Below, in pieces: positions 27,644-37,544 of a DNA stretch of 64,000 bases; position 1 is the first letter of the stretch, and the number at the start of each line of letters is the position of its first letter. The notes under the pieces are model-generated. The model was not told the DNA's origin. It worked only from the letters and a program-made list of their open reading frames with translations, and made no database searches. Where the stretch lies: assembly GCA_963720265.1 (NCBI GenBank), contig CAVRET010000002.1:878069-942068 (forward strand), read 5' to 3'. Both the position numbers and the translations under genes were made by a program. Source of the DNA: an uncultured bacterium (lineage in GTDB: Bacteria; Patescibacteriota; Saccharimonadia; UBA4664).

Positions 27644-27928
27644 TCAGCTCGAACTTTCGGGCGACAAGTATTCGCGGCGAACTTCTTTTACTGCCCGCAC
27701 GAAATCATCATCCGTGACGTAGCCACGTTCGGCGGCGGCCACACCAGCATCCGCCATCATTGCCTCGAGAACTGCCCAGTCTTGCTGAACTGATTGCTCA
27801 GATTTTAGCTTCTTCACCACCGCTTGGCGAATGTATTCGCTCCTGTTTGTGTATTCAGCCCTGGCCACTTTATCAACCTGGCTTACTAGCTCCTCTGGAA
27901 GGGAAATATTAATTGTTTGACTCGGCAT
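27644..27928 (-). CDS. CopG/RHH antitoxin
   Basis: TINISLPEELVSQVDKVA...NRSEYIRQAV; upstream of the PIN gene. Confidence 0.88.
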   Translation of the reverse strand: MPSQTINISLPEELVSQVDKVARAEYTNRSEYIRQAVVKKLKSEQSVQQDWAVLEAMMADAGVAAAERGYVTDDDFVRAVKEVRREYLSPESSS

Positions 27929-27950
27929 ATGTATCTGCTCCACATACATG

Positions 27951-27973
27951 ATATATACATATATTGTATATAT
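27951..27973. promoter_or_regulatory. Palindromic operator of the TA operon
   Basis: ATATATACA-N5-TGTATATAT upstream of the RHH antitoxin. Confidence 0.55.
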
Positions 27974-28066
27974 TGGCTACACTGCGGTCAAGAAATTACG
28001 CGTTGGTGTGCAGTACAAAAACACAATGGTTTGAACATAGCGTTGAACATAGCGTTTTTGTATTAA

Positions 28067-28176
28067 ACGCTATAGATTTGTTGAATAATTCCTCTGGTGC
28101 CCCTGAGTGGTCTCCAGTCGAACACCTTTTACAGTGGCTTGATGGCCTTATGTCAACTTTTCGAGGGGAAAGTTGA
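28067..28176 (+). repeat. att-like direct repeat, copy 2 (probable attL of the tRNA-Leu element)
   Basis: Same 37-bp core. CTCTGGTGC (28092-28100) is identical to 47757-47765 at the tRNA-Leu 3' end, and AGTCGAAC is also shared. Confidence 0.85.
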
Positions 28177-28190
28177 TGTTTACGCCGGGT

Positions 28191-28406
28191 TTACAGTTCC
28201 AGCGACTTAATGCCGAGGGCCTTCATAATGCGTTGGAGTTTCTCAAAGGATGGGTTTTCCTCGCCGCGCTCGATGCGGGCGTAGTAGTTAGTATTGAGGT
28301 CGGCGGCGGAAGCGACTGCGGCCTGGGTCAGGCCGGCCTGTTCACGGGCCTTCCTGAGCTTTTCGCCGAGCTCTTTGCGTGGGTTTTCTTGATCTTTTGT
28401 AGCCAT
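28191..28406 (-). CDS. XRE-family HTH regulator
   Basis: LGEKLRKAREQAGLTQAAVA...YYARIERGEENPS; extended -10 TGGTATAGT 9 nt before the ATG. Confidence 0.9.
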   Translation of the reverse strand: MATKDQENPRKELGEKLRKAREQAGLTQAAVASAADLNTNYYARIERGEENPSFEKLQRIMKALGIKSLEL

Positions 28407-28443
28407 ATATGGATAACTATACCATTTCAGGGGGATTGTCGGC

Positions 28444-28971
28444 ATGCTTAGGCGGTATAGGCGCCGATCCAGGAGCGATGCTTGGGCAATTCTTGGTGTC
28501 CTGGTGCTGGCTTCACTTTATCACAAGGGCTATTTGCGTGACTTCGATCAGCTCCTGTTTCTGGCCGTCAAAGTCGGCGCAGTAGTTTGTACCCTTGTGG
28601 CTATAGTTTGGCTGCTTCGGCGACGGCAAGCCAAGAAGAGCTCTGGGAAGATGGACGGCTTGGCATTTGAACGCCATGTGGCGTCACTGCTTCCCGGACT
28701 TGGTTTTACCAACATTAGACTTACAGAGCGATATGACCTTGGAATCGATATTATCGCTGTGAAGGGCGGCGTGACGTGGGGCATTCAGGTTAAGTATTAC
28801 CGCGGGCTCGTGAAGGCCTCGGCCGTGCGCCAGGTCGTGACCGCACTGAATTACTATGGCTGCCAGCGAGCTATGGTGGTGACCAATAGCAAATTTAGCC
28901 GACCAGCCGAAAAGCTGGCATTAAGTAATGACTGTGCGCTAGTGGACGGCAAGGAATTGGCTCGTTGGTAG
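28444..28971 (+). CDS. Membrane-anchored Mrr-type restriction endonuclease domain protein
   Basis: Two TM helices, then MDGLAFERHVA...DLGIDIIA...IQVKYY...AVRQV...VVTNS. Confidence 0.85.
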   Translation: MLRRYRRRSRSDAWAILGVLVLASLYHKGYLRDFDQLLFLAVKVGAVVCTLVAIVWLLRRRQAKKSSGKMDGLAFERHVASLLPGLGFTNIRLTERYDLGIDIIAVKGGVTWGIQVKYYRGLVKASAVRQVVTALNYYGCQRAMVVTNSKFSRPAEKLALSNDCALVDGKELARW

Positions 28972-29044
28972 TGGACGAAACCAACGGCTTGCCCTGGAGG
29001 CCCGCATCCGCGACTATATCTTTAACATAAGTGGAGAGGGTGCG

Positions 29045-29692
29045 ATGAATGTGTTAAGAAGCCGTTTTGGGCGGGGGCTTGCGGCGGTAATGGCCGTGAC
29101 ATTAACCTCAGCATTTAGTTTTAGCAGTGCGAATGCAGCCAGTGGGCTAGAAAACGGAGGGTTTGAGCAGGCGACAAGCTACGGCTCAACAACCGATTTC
29201 GGGCCGGGCTGGTCGTATATTCAGACTCAGTATTCATATGGCACAGGCCATCTAACGCTTGACCCGTATCCGGGGTGTCATGGGGGCAGCAAGTGCGCGT
29301 CTGTAATTTCCGGTGAGACTGAAAACAATACCGGCTCGATAATTCAGGCGGTAACGCTTGCGAACGGGACGTACAATTTCACGCTGTCGGGCTGGACATG
29401 GCAGTATGACAGCGACAATGCGAACAATGCCGCCTGGGTACGAGGTGACCTCTACACAGAGCCGAGCGACCACATTGTGGGCGATCCGGGTTGGTTTGGC
29501 GCCGTGGGATCTGATTCACACAGCTACAACGGGGGCAGCTGGGTCCACCTAACCAACACGTTCAACAACGTAGCGGTGAACGGCGGCAGCGTGTCGCTGG
29601 TCGTAACGCAGCGCGCCAACGGCTACGGCAACACCGGCCACGGCGCGGCGTTGTCGGATGATTGGTCACTTAAAGTTAAGAAGGTGAAGTAG
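29045..29692 (+). CDS. Secreted carbohydrate-binding-like (jelly-roll) protein
   Basis: Signal peptide (ANA-A), LENGGFE start, DDWSL end typical of CBM4/9-like folds. Confidence 0.65.
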   Translation: MNVLRSRFGRGLAAVMAVTLTSAFSFSSANAASGLENGGFEQATSYGSTTDFGPGWSYIQTQYSYGTGHLTLDPYPGCHGGSKCASVISGETENNTGSIIQAVTLANGTYNFTLSGWTWQYDSDNANNAAWVRGDLYTEPSDHIVGDPGWFGAVGSDSHSYNGGSWVHLTNTFNNVAVNGGSVSLVVTQRANGYGNTGHGAALSDDWSLKVKKVK

Positions 29693-30500
29693 TCATCGCT
29701 TCCAGCCCTTGCCGTGCGTCCGAGTATGCGCAATATTCGCAGGCCTCGGCTGGTTTGGGTGCTTTTGCAGAGGCAATGGCTCTTTGAGCCTTAATTAGCG
29801 CCGGCTCCACCCACGAATCGTCGGCCTCATACGGAATTAGCTCAATATTGAACTCCAGCTTGGCATCGAATCTGTCGAGGTCGGTGCGGCCGTTGCAGTA
29901 GACGAAGTAGCCGGTGGGGCTGACGTCGTGGCCGAGGCGGCGGAAGATCCATTGGTAGACCTCCATCTGGCGCTTGTAGGACGCCTTCCAATGGTCGTTG
30001 AGGGTGATCTCCTTAGTAGTGCTGGTGGCTTTGTAGTCGGCGATGATGAGCCGTCCGTCCACGCGGAGCAGCCAAATGTCGTCGATGATGCCCTTCACCA
30101 AAAAACCCGTGGGCTCGTGCAGGTAGGCCGCGCCGCCGGACGGGGTTTTGCGCCACTCGTCGAGCTCGGCGTGTGTGAACGGGATAGCACCTACGCCGTA
30201 CTTCGCGAACAACGGGTGCACCGTGCCGGCCGTGCGATGGATGTCGAACTCCTTTTTGAGCAGTGTGTCGACGGCGGAATTGAGAGTGAAGGCCGGGATG
30301 CTCGGACGGCGCAGGCCCAGCCGCCGGTCGAGGTAGAAGCAACGCGGGCAGCGCACGAAGTCTTCGAGCTTGGACCGGCTGAGCGTGAACGGCTTGTTTC
30401 CGGGACCGGGCGCGTTGGCGGCGGGGTCATACAGGCCGCGGGTGCGGATGGGCGCGAAAGGCGGCGGGGCGTTAGTCGGTTGATTCTGCTGGCTTGGCAT
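29676..30500 (-). CDS. Cas4-like/RecB-family PD-(D/E)xK nuclease with Cys cluster
   Basis: LSRSKLEDFVRCPRCFY, GIIDD...IADYKAT, QMEVY, C-terminal CEYC. Confidence 0.85.
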   Translation of the reverse strand: MPSQQNQPTNAPPPFAPIRTRGLYDPAANAPGPGNKPFTLSRSKLEDFVRCPRCFYLDRRLGLRRPSIPAFTLNSAVDTLLKKEFDIHRTAGTVHPLFAKYGVGAIPFTHAELDEWRKTPSGGAAYLHEPTGFLVKGIIDDIWLLRVDGRLIIADYKATSTTKEITLNDHWKASYKRQMEVYQWIFRRLGHDVSPTGYFVYCNGRTDLDRFDAKLEFNIELIPYEADDSWVEPALIKAQRAIASAKAPKPAEACEYCAYSDARQGLEAMTTSPS

Positions 30501-31113
30501 GCCGATCCCGATAAAGTTTAGGCTTGATATACAACGTACTGCAGAGTGCTTCAGCCAGTTCGATAACGTTCTGCGCATCCTCTTCTGTAACCTCTACCTT
30601 GTCTTCTGCGTCTCCCGGATGTGCACCTGCATTTCCCACCACTCTTACCTCGTGCGCCCAATCTTTCAACTCGGTGGTTATGATTCGCTGCTCGTGGAGC
30701 CAATCAATCTGTCGCGCCAAGTCATTTTTTAGGCTCTTCGTTTTTTCACCGTCCTTAACCTCTCTGGTGGCTGGCGCTCCCCGTTCCAGGCAGATGTTTT
30801 GCACTGCGCGCCTTGCCATCGTGGCCGCAGCGCGGAATGCACCTACCGAGACGCAAAGCAGAGATTCCTCGAGGTCTTTCTTGATTGGAGCTGGGACGCT
30901 GTCGTCCACGGCTCTCGGCAATGAGGTGGGGTAAGTGCGCACAATTGAGCCGGACGGGATGGCCCGGACGACCAGCAGGCATTGAGAGCAATTGTTGCAC
31001 TCGCCTATCTCGTAAAGGAATGATTCCCCATTTGTGGGCTGGTATCTCGCCCGCTCGGATATGCTGGTGTGTCTTTCACAGCTTGGGCAGTAAATTGATT
31101 TGTGGTCTGCCAT
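30472..31113 (-). CDS. DUF4145 (HEPN-like) protein with N-terminal zinc ribbon
   Basis: CPSC/CNNC, AAATMARRAVQ, WAHEVRVVGNAGAH (RxxxNxxxH). Confidence 0.85.
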   Translation of the reverse strand: MADHKSIYCPSCERHTSISERARYQPTNGESFLYEIGECNNCSQCLLVVRAIPSGSIVRTYPTSLPRAVDDSVPAPIKKDLEESLLCVSVGAFRAAATMARRAVQNICLERGAPATREVKDGEKTKSLKNDLARQIDWLHEQRIITTELKDWAHEVRVVGNAGAHPGDAEDKVEVTEEDAQNVIELAEALCSTLYIKPKLYRDRHAKPAESTD

Positions 31114-31209
31114 ACGTGCTCCTCTCATCCCCGGCTTGCGGCCGTCGTTATTGTAGGTGGCTCCGCTGCGGCGTCGGCAATATCGCCGGCCCCGCAGCGA
31201 GTCCCGGAC

Positions 31210-31368
31210 CTACACGTATTGCCAGACACAACCGCGCGGGTGGTGGTCACCCCAGTGGTCGCATGGCGCGAATTTGGTGCCTTTTTTCACCCTGTCGCGC
31301 GTACCTGGGTACTGCAGGCATTGGACGATGCCGTCGCGCGGCACCGTGTCGCCAGGCTTGTAAGTCAT
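31210..31368 (-). CDS. Small YjzC-like Cys/His protein (52 aa), missed by the ORF track
   Basis: GGAGGG RBS; MTYKPGDTVPRDGIVQCLQYPGTRDRVKKGTKFAPCDHWGDHHPRGCVWQYV. Confidence 0.65.
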   Translation of the reverse strand: MTYKPGDTVPRDGIVQCLQYPGTRDRVKKGTKFAPCDHWGDHHPRGCVWQYV

Positions 31369-31608
31369 GGCGCCCTCCTACTTTGCGCTGCCCCGCGTAA
31401 ATAATGTACGATGGATGGGCAGTTCCATTCTCGGCCTGCGCAGACTGCCGGTTCACGCCGGCGGTTTTTGTCTACGGGTTTTATTATTGAGCCGTAGAAC
31501 TTTATCGTCAAGTTTTTTTCTAAATACTGTTTGTATGCTTCGGTTTGTGCTCTAAGACTAATTACTTAGAGATTGCATATCTTGCTCACTTGTGCTATCG
31601 TGTGATTT

Positions 31609-31869
31609 ATGGACGATAAGAATACCGCATATAATAAAGCGGACTATACCCCAGAGGCTAAGAGGGCTCGCTTTCTTCGGGTTGCTGAGCGCCGCACGAA
31701 CATGATTATCAACGACATTAGGCTGATCGCAAATACTAGCAATAAGACGCTGTACCAATATACTGAGGCTGATATAGATAAAATTTTTGACGTCATCAAT
31801 GAGAAGCTGGCTGAAGCAAAGATGAAATTTACGGCTTCAAAGAAGTCGGAGCCGTTCCGGCTGGAGTGA
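31609..31869 (+). CDS. Small helical protein of a type often seen upstream of RM loci
   Basis: KRARFLRVAERRTN...IRLIANTSNK..YQYT; overlaps the start of the next gene. Confidence 0.7.
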   Translation: MDDKNTAYNKADYTPEAKRARFLRVAERRTNMIINDIRLIANTSNKTLYQYTEADIDKIFDVINEKLAEAKMKFTASKKSEPFRLE

Positions 31870-32342
31870 GCATGGCGAATAATAAGCTACATGGAGACGA
31901 CGGCGAGAAGGAGGTGGTTTCGCTGATCCCCTGCCCCAACTGTTCGAAACCGCTAATGCTACTTCCACCGAACTATCCTCTATATGATGTTCAATGCACC
32001 GGGTGCTCGTTTCGGGCCCAGGTAAAGACAAACCACTCGAGGCCGAAAGACGTAATCTTCGGGGCCGGCTGGGACATCATGGAGAAGGTCTTAAAGTCTG
32101 GTTACTTAGTACCCCCGCTCATCGCAAACTTTAAATGGCAGGAGAAAGGGGCGGAATATCAGACTGTGCTCTTCTACCCTTTCGTAGCGAAGAAGAATTT
32201 ATTCACCTACTCACTTCCAGAAACTGCGCGGCGCGCAAACTACCGTATGTTCCGGTATGTTGGCCTCCGGGATTTGCCACACTTTGTGCTATATTCCGGC
32301 AATGGGGCGACCACTGATGTTGAGGCTGATCAGGCAGGTTAG
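31866..32342 (+). CDS. DpnI-like (Dam-replacing family) nuclease domain
   Basis: CPNC...PPNYPLYDVQCTGC..QVK...GAGW resembles the DpnI catalytic domain; no C-terminal winged helix. Confidence 0.65.
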   Translation: MSMANNKLHGDDGEKEVVSLIPCPNCSKPLMLLPPNYPLYDVQCTGCSFRAQVKTNHSRPKDVIFGAGWDIMEKVLKSGYLVPPLIANFKWQEKGAEYQTVLFYPFVAKKNLFTYSLPETARRANYRMFRYVGLRDLPHFVLYSGNGATTDVEADQAG

Positions 32343-32487
32343 GCTGTAGCGGCTTCTACTGTCGGTTCCCTTTTGCGCAGTTTATGCATTGCGCACAGTG
32401 TGAAGAGGATGGGTCGACGCTAAGTGAAACCATATACGCTAACTTTCAAGCGTTTTAGATGGCTTACGTTTCAGATACAATAAGCTC

Positions 32488-35460
32488 ATGCCTAGAGCAA
32501 CCTCCACCGACTTAGAGCAGCTAGTGGCGAATTTTGCTGCTAACGAATCCGCATATTGCGGCGCGGGTTCAACTTATAATGAGTCGGAGGCAAGATCGGA
32601 TTTTATCAATCCACTGTTTGAGGCTCTTGGCTGGGATGTGACCAATCGTCGTGGTTTGGCCCGTCCGTTGCGTGAGGTAATTCTTGAAGCCAATGTACGG
32701 GTTAATGAAGCAACGAAGAAACCCGATTATGAGTTCAGACACAACGGTTACCGTAAGTTTTTTGTTGAAGCGAAAAAGCCGTCAGTAGACATATCTTCCG
32801 ACCCAGCGCCTGCGCTTCAGTTGCGTCGCTATGGCTGGAGCGCCGGCTTGGCAGTTTCGGTACTCACTAATTTCAGACAATTCTACGTTTACGATTGCAC
32901 GGTTCAACCACTGGAAGGCGACAATCCGCGCGTTGCGCTTCTGGCAACGTTTGATTATCACGAGTTTGTTTCAAAGTTCGATGAGCTGAAAGGCCTAGTT
33001 TCTCACGAGCTTGTAACATCCGGTGACTTTGACTCCAAGTTTGCCGAGTTAATCTCAAAAGCCCGGGGTGATCAAGCCTTTGATAAGTTCTTTCTCGACC
33101 AAACCGAGAAATGGCGACTACTTCTGGCCAACGATATTCACAAACACGACTCAAGCCTGCCAGCGCATGAGGTGGATAGATTAACCCAGTTATTTTTAAA
33201 TCGAATTGTGTTTCTTCGCATTTGCGAAGATCGAAATCTGGAAGAATACGAAACTCTAAAAAACATCCCCGCTGCGGAGGCAGTTCCGAGGTTAATGGAT
33301 CTGTTCAAACACGCTGATAGTAAATATGACTCTGGGCTATTTGAATTGCTTAAGGGGAAGCTGACGCCGTCGGTCCTTCTGTCCAATGAGGTGATTATGG
33401 CAATAGTTGGAGATCTCTATTACCCAAAAAGTCCTTACTCCTTCAGTGTTGTAAGCCCAGCCATTTTAGGGTCCATTTATGAGAGGTTTATCGCGCGCGC
33501 AATAACTATCGAAAACGGCAAAGCCCAGGCGGTTGAGAAGCCGGAGGTTCGTGAGTCAAACGGCGTGTTTCCAACTCCCGAGTACATAGTGCGGACAATT
33601 GTTGAGGATACCTTTGCCTTAAAGGGAGATGTGCTTGAGGCAAAGGTACTTGATCCCGCTGCCGGGTCCGGTGTTTTTATTACCGAGGCATTTGACAAAC
33701 TACTCCAGGCGCACCTGGATAATTACGTAAAGGCGGGCGAAGAGGCAAAGCTTAGGCATGATGACAACGGTGACTGGTACCTTTCACTGGATACTAAAAA
33801 AAATATCCTCATAAGCCAGATCTTTGGGGTGGATATTGACCACCAAGCCGTTGAAGTTGCGAAGTTTAGTCTTTATTTAAAGTTGCTGGAAGACGTTCCT
33901 AGTGGAGAAATTGCCGCAGTGATGGCGAGGGGTGAAAATGCACTTCCGCATCTAGAGAACAATATTAAACCGGGAAATTCGCTAATTGATAGCCGATCCT
34001 ATTTTCAATTCCACGATATCGGTCAGATACAACCTGGAGAGTTGGACAAGATATCGCCGTTTGATTGGGGGGAGCAGTTTCAGCCCGTAATGGACAGCGG
34101 CGGCTTCGATGTAGTTGTTGCCAACCCTCCATACATTCGCATACAGAACATAGTGCATTATTCGCCCTTAGAAGCTGAATTCTACACTAGCGATGCGAGC
34201 CCTTACGTGTCATCGCATGGCGGAAACTTTGATAAATACCAGCTTTTTGTTGAACGAGGATACCAATTACTGAATGGGGAGGGAATTCTTGCGTATATTG
34301 TCCCCCATAAGTTTGCAACCAATGCGGCCGGTCGACCTTTAAGGAGACTGATATCGAAAGCTAATGCATTGGCAGAATTTGTTCATTTTGGATCGCTCCA
34401 ATTGTTCCCTGGTCAGGCTACAACTTACACATGTCTGCTATTTATATCTCGAAAGCAGCGGGAATCCTTTCAATTCGAAAGAGTTGACTCCTTGCAAGAA
34501 TGGCAGTCAGGCGATAGAAGTTCTGAAACTTTGAGCTCCGATAGTATCTCAGAAGAGCCGTGGACATTTTTGTCTCATGACGATAAGGAGCTTTTCAACA
34601 AGATCGAGGGCGAGAACCCAGGGAGGCTCGGAACGAGTGCTGCAAAGATCTTTGTTCCGCTTCAAACGAGCGCTGATAACATTTACATCGTTACTCCTTT
34701 GCGTGCAGAGAATGGTAAGCTTATGTTCCGCGATAAGGATGGTCGGGAGTGGACTGTCGAGGAATCAATCACCAGGCCAGCCATTCTCGATATTGACGAC
34801 TTCGACTCGCTCCGCGGTCTAGCGCCGAACAAGATTATGATCTTCCCGTATGCTATGGAAGGCGGCCAAAATCGCCCGATTCCCGAAGCGGTAATGAAAA
34901 GCAGATTCCCCTTAGCCTATAAATACTTGTTGGCATTCAAGGCTAAGTTGAGCAGCCGATCCATGCAAGGAAGTGGGCCGTGGTACCGCTTTGGTAGATC
35001 ACAAAACCTAAATTTGTTCAGTGCAGGCACAAGCGGCAAGTTAATCATTAAAAATCCTGCGCTTAGAGCGACAGTGGCCCTAGATACAGCCGATATTCAT
35101 TTCACCGGCGGCGGGAATGGGCCCTATTATGGCGTCCTCCCAAACGAAGGCGTGCCTATTTATTTCGTGCATGCCTTACTGAATAGTGAGCTTTTTGACC
35201 GATGGGTAAAGGCCAGAAGTAGCGTTTTTAGAGGGGGGTACTACTCGTACGGCAAGCAGTTTATTGAGAACTTTCCTGTTATTGACTTGGTGAAAAATTC
35301 TGCTCAAGTTAATGAGATAGCCTTGGCATGGAAGGGGGTGCTTGATTCGCCACCTGCCGATCCTGAGCGAAGAAAGCAACTACTTTTGCGTGTTAACGAG
35401 AAAATAAACAGTCTGTACGGCATAGCAACGGAGGGGGAAATGAATGGTAGTAGCAGCTGA
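32488..35460 (+). CDS. Type IIG (Eco57I-like) restriction-modification enzyme
   Basis: N-terminal PDY...VEAK nuclease, DPAAGSG motif I, NPPY motif IV, C-terminal TaqI_C-like TRD; 990 aa. Confidence 0.92.
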   Translation: MPRATSTDLEQLVANFAANESAYCGAGSTYNESEARSDFINPLFEALGWDVTNRRGLARPLREVILEANVRVNEATKKPDYEFRHNGYRKFFVEAKKPSVDISSDPAPALQLRRYGWSAGLAVSVLTNFRQFYVYDCTVQPLEGDNPRVALLATFDYHEFVSKFDELKGLVSHELVTSGDFDSKFAELISKARGDQAFDKFFLDQTEKWRLLLANDIHKHDSSLPAHEVDRLTQLFLNRIVFLRICEDRNLEEYETLKNIPAAEAVPRLMDLFKHADSKYDSGLFELLKGKLTPSVLLSNEVIMAIVGDLYYPKSPYSFSVVSPAILGSIYERFIARAITIENGKAQAVEKPEVRESNGVFPTPEYIVRTIVEDTFALKGDVLEAKVLDPAAGSGVFITEAFDKLLQAHLDNYVKAGEEAKLRHDDNGDWYLSLDTKKNILISQIFGVDIDHQAVEVAKFSLYLKLLEDVPSGEIAAVMARGENALPHLENNIKPGNSLIDSRSYFQFHDIGQIQPGELDKISPFDWGEQFQPVMDSGGFDVVVANPPYIRIQNIVHYSPLEAEFYTSDASPYVSSHGGNFDKYQLFVERGYQLLNGEGILAYIVPHKFATNAAGRPLRRLISKANALAEFVHFGSLQLFPGQATTYTCLLFISRKQRESFQFERVDSLQEWQSGDRSSETLSSDSISEEPWTFLSHDDKELFNKIEGENPGRLGTSAAKIFVPLQTSADNIYIVTPLRAENGKLMFRDKDGREWTVEESITRPAILDIDDFDSLRGLAPNKIMIFPYAMEGGQNRPIPEAVMKSRFPLAYKYLLAFKAKLSSRSMQGSGPWYRFGRSQNLNLFSAGTSGKLIIKNPALRATVALDTADIHFTGGGNGPYYGVLPNEGVPIYFVHALLNSELFDRWVKARSSVFRGGYYSYGKQFIENFPVIDLVKNSAQVNEIALAWKGVLDSPPADPERRKQLLLRVNEKINSLYGIATEGEMNGSSS

Positions 35461-37099
35461 AGAGGCCGACAAGCAGAAACTTAGAGGCGGTTATTACACA
35501 CCTCAACCCATAGCGCGATTTCTGGTAGATTGGGCGTTGAATGGAGGCGAATCCGTGCCCCGCGTTTTAGAGCCAAGTATGGGTGATGGTGCCTTTGTGA
35601 TAGAACTCGCTAGAGCTTTGAGAGATCGAGGTGTTAAGGCGGGACAAATTGGCCCCACTATACACGGCGTCGAGTTATTCCCCGAAGAGATCGAGACTGC
35701 AAAGCAAAGACTCGAAGGGAGTGCCTTTGATTCCAGCTCCTTCAGTTTTTACTCTGGCGACTTTTTTGAAACTTCCAGGACGTATTTGGAAAATCAGAAA
35801 TTTGATATCGTCCTTGGCAACCCTCCATTCATTAGGTACCAAAGTTTTCCAGACGCGCAACGTGACGAAGCGATGTCGCAGCTGTCGGCACTGGGTTTTA
35901 AGCTCAATAAGCTTACGAACGCTTGGCTGTTCTTCTTGCTGAGGAGCATCACCATGATGAAGGACAAAAGCCGTTTAGCAATGGTCATTCCTGCTGAACT
36001 TCTTCAGGTAAAGTACGCTGCCGAAGCGCGAGAATTTATTGCGGAGCATTTTAGTTCAGTTACCGTCGTAACATTTAAGAGTCTGGTCTTCGATGGCATT
36101 CAACAAGAGGTAGTACTTCTGCTGGCCGAGAAAAATCCTGCATCGCCATCTCATGGAATCGACGTAGTTGAAATTGAAAACCTAGTCGCCTTAAAGAATT
36201 TTAAACATGCACTTAAAGATCCGGGGCACCTTAAGCCGATAGAACATCAGACCGACAAGTGGACGCAATACTTCCTGAGTAAAGAGGAGATCCTTCTTTT
36301 ACGGAAGATTAGGGCATTGCAAGGACTTACAGAAATGCGGCAGCTTGCTTCGGTCGACGTGGGTATCGTTACTGGCAACAACAAATTTTTCGTAGTGAGC
36401 CAAGATCAGGCTGAACAACACAATATTCTCAATAGTACGGTGCCTCTGGTCGGAAAGAGCGCAAGCCTGATGGGACTAGATTTCGGTAAAGATAAGTGGA
36501 AGGAGTTAGCCACGCTTGGACTTCCCTCACACCTGCTATTCCTAAAGGATTCTGACCCTGTAGGTGAAAGAGTTAGCGAATACCTTGATCTCGGTATTCA
36601 AGCTGAAGTTCACAAAGGCTACAAATGCAGAATACGTAAGAACTGGTACGTTGTGCCATCAACATGGATTTCTGATGCTTTCCTTCTAAGACAAATCCAC
36701 GGCTTCCCGAAGCTTATCCTAAACTCCGCCGGAGCGGCTTGCACAGATACAATACACAGGGTTCGCTTCGCAGAACACGTAAATCCCAACGCCATGGCAG
36801 TTAGTTTCTTTAATTCACTGACATTCGCAATGTCTGAGGTTATCGGGCGCAGCTACGGCGGCGGGGTGCTAGAGCTCGAGCCGAATGAGGCAGAGGAACT
36901 GTTGATACCATACATGGAAGGCTCAGGCGGCCTGTTTCAGAAGATAGACGGGCTGGTGCGAGCCAGCAAGATCGAAGAGGCTCTCGACATTGTGGATGCC
37001 GCAGTGCTGAGCGCGGGGATAGGGCTAGAGCGAGACGACCTCACCCGAATGAGAGGAATCTGGAGAAAGCTTTCCGCAAGACGTATCGGCAGAAGGTGA
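35444..37099 (+). CDS. Companion gamma-class N6-adenine methyltransferase (M.Eco57I-like)
   Basis: RGGYYTP, LEPSMGDG, GNPPF; overlaps the end of the RM gene. Confidence 0.92.
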   Translation: MVVAAEEADKQKLRGGYYTPQPIARFLVDWALNGGESVPRVLEPSMGDGAFVIELARALRDRGVKAGQIGPTIHGVELFPEEIETAKQRLEGSAFDSSSFSFYSGDFFETSRTYLENQKFDIVLGNPPFIRYQSFPDAQRDEAMSQLSALGFKLNKLTNAWLFFLLRSITMMKDKSRLAMVIPAELLQVKYAAEAREFIAEHFSSVTVVTFKSLVFDGIQQEVVLLLAEKNPASPSHGIDVVEIENLVALKNFKHALKDPGHLKPIEHQTDKWTQYFLSKEEILLLRKIRALQGLTEMRQLASVDVGIVTGNNKFFVVSQDQAEQHNILNSTVPLVGKSASLMGLDFGKDKWKELATLGLPSHLLFLKDSDPVGERVSEYLDLGIQAEVHKGYKCRIRKNWYVVPSTWISDAFLLRQIHGFPKLILNSAGAACTDTIHRVRFAEHVNPNAMAVSFFNSLTFAMSEVIGRSYGGGVLELEPNEAEELLIPYMEGSGGLFQKIDGLVRASKIEEALDIVDAAVLSAGIGLERDDLTRMRGIWRKLSARRIGRR

Positions 37100-37108
37100 A
37101 CAGACCGA

Positions 37109-37447
37109 CTAGGATTTCCGAACCTGACCTTTTCGCAACCTCTTCACTAAGTGGTTTACTTCGGCAACGTTAACTTCTGTTGTCTTCCATCCTTGGGGGG
37201 TCAGCTCCCAGCGAGCAGTGCCTGTGGATTTAATCAAACCATACATTCGCAGATATGTCCTTGCCCAGGAGGCGCGGTAGGATAGCTTTGTTGCCTTATC
37301 CTTGTGAATCTCTTGCCGCTGAGCCTCAGTTAGGCCCATTAGATCAGCTATTTCAGCGTTAATCTCGGCGTTGACGCCAGAACCACCAAGCTCCTTAAGT
37401 GATTGGATGGTGGGGTTGAACATCTCAAAATATTGGGGCACTGCCAT
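37109..37447 (-). CDS. Stand-alone Mrr N-terminal winged-helix domain
   Basis: MAVPQYFEMFNPTIQSLKELGGS...YRASWARTYL...RWELT; no nuclease domain. Confidence 0.8.
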   Translation of the reverse strand: MAVPQYFEMFNPTIQSLKELGGSGVNAEINAEIADLMGLTEAQRQEIHKDKATKLSYRASWARTYLRMYGLIKSTGTARWELTPQGWKTTEVNVAEVNHLVKRLRKGQVRKS

Positions 37448-37544
37448 CTGGAGTATTCGTTACAAGCGTTATTATGCATGCGCATGCAAAATTGAGCAAA
37501 CACGAAGTCACCAGGAAGAGCAGTGCGATTGCGTCATAAGTGGT

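Noticed and set aside
28031-28054. TTGAACATAGCG x2 tandem repeat
   Set aside because: Two copies only; likely slippage, no function can be supported.
27191-28131. 37-bp identical repeats as a CRISPR array
   Set aside because: Only two copies, separated by 867 bp containing genes; they resemble the tRNA-Leu end and fit att sites.
27964-28176. 70-aa ORF as an independent gene
   Set aside because: TTG start with no RBS; only the part after the att core looks constrained, and it is better explained as a recombinase tail.
29676-30500. Cas4-like gene as part of a CRISPR-Cas locus
   Set aside because: No cas1/cas2, effector genes or array in the window; solo nucleases of this family are common.
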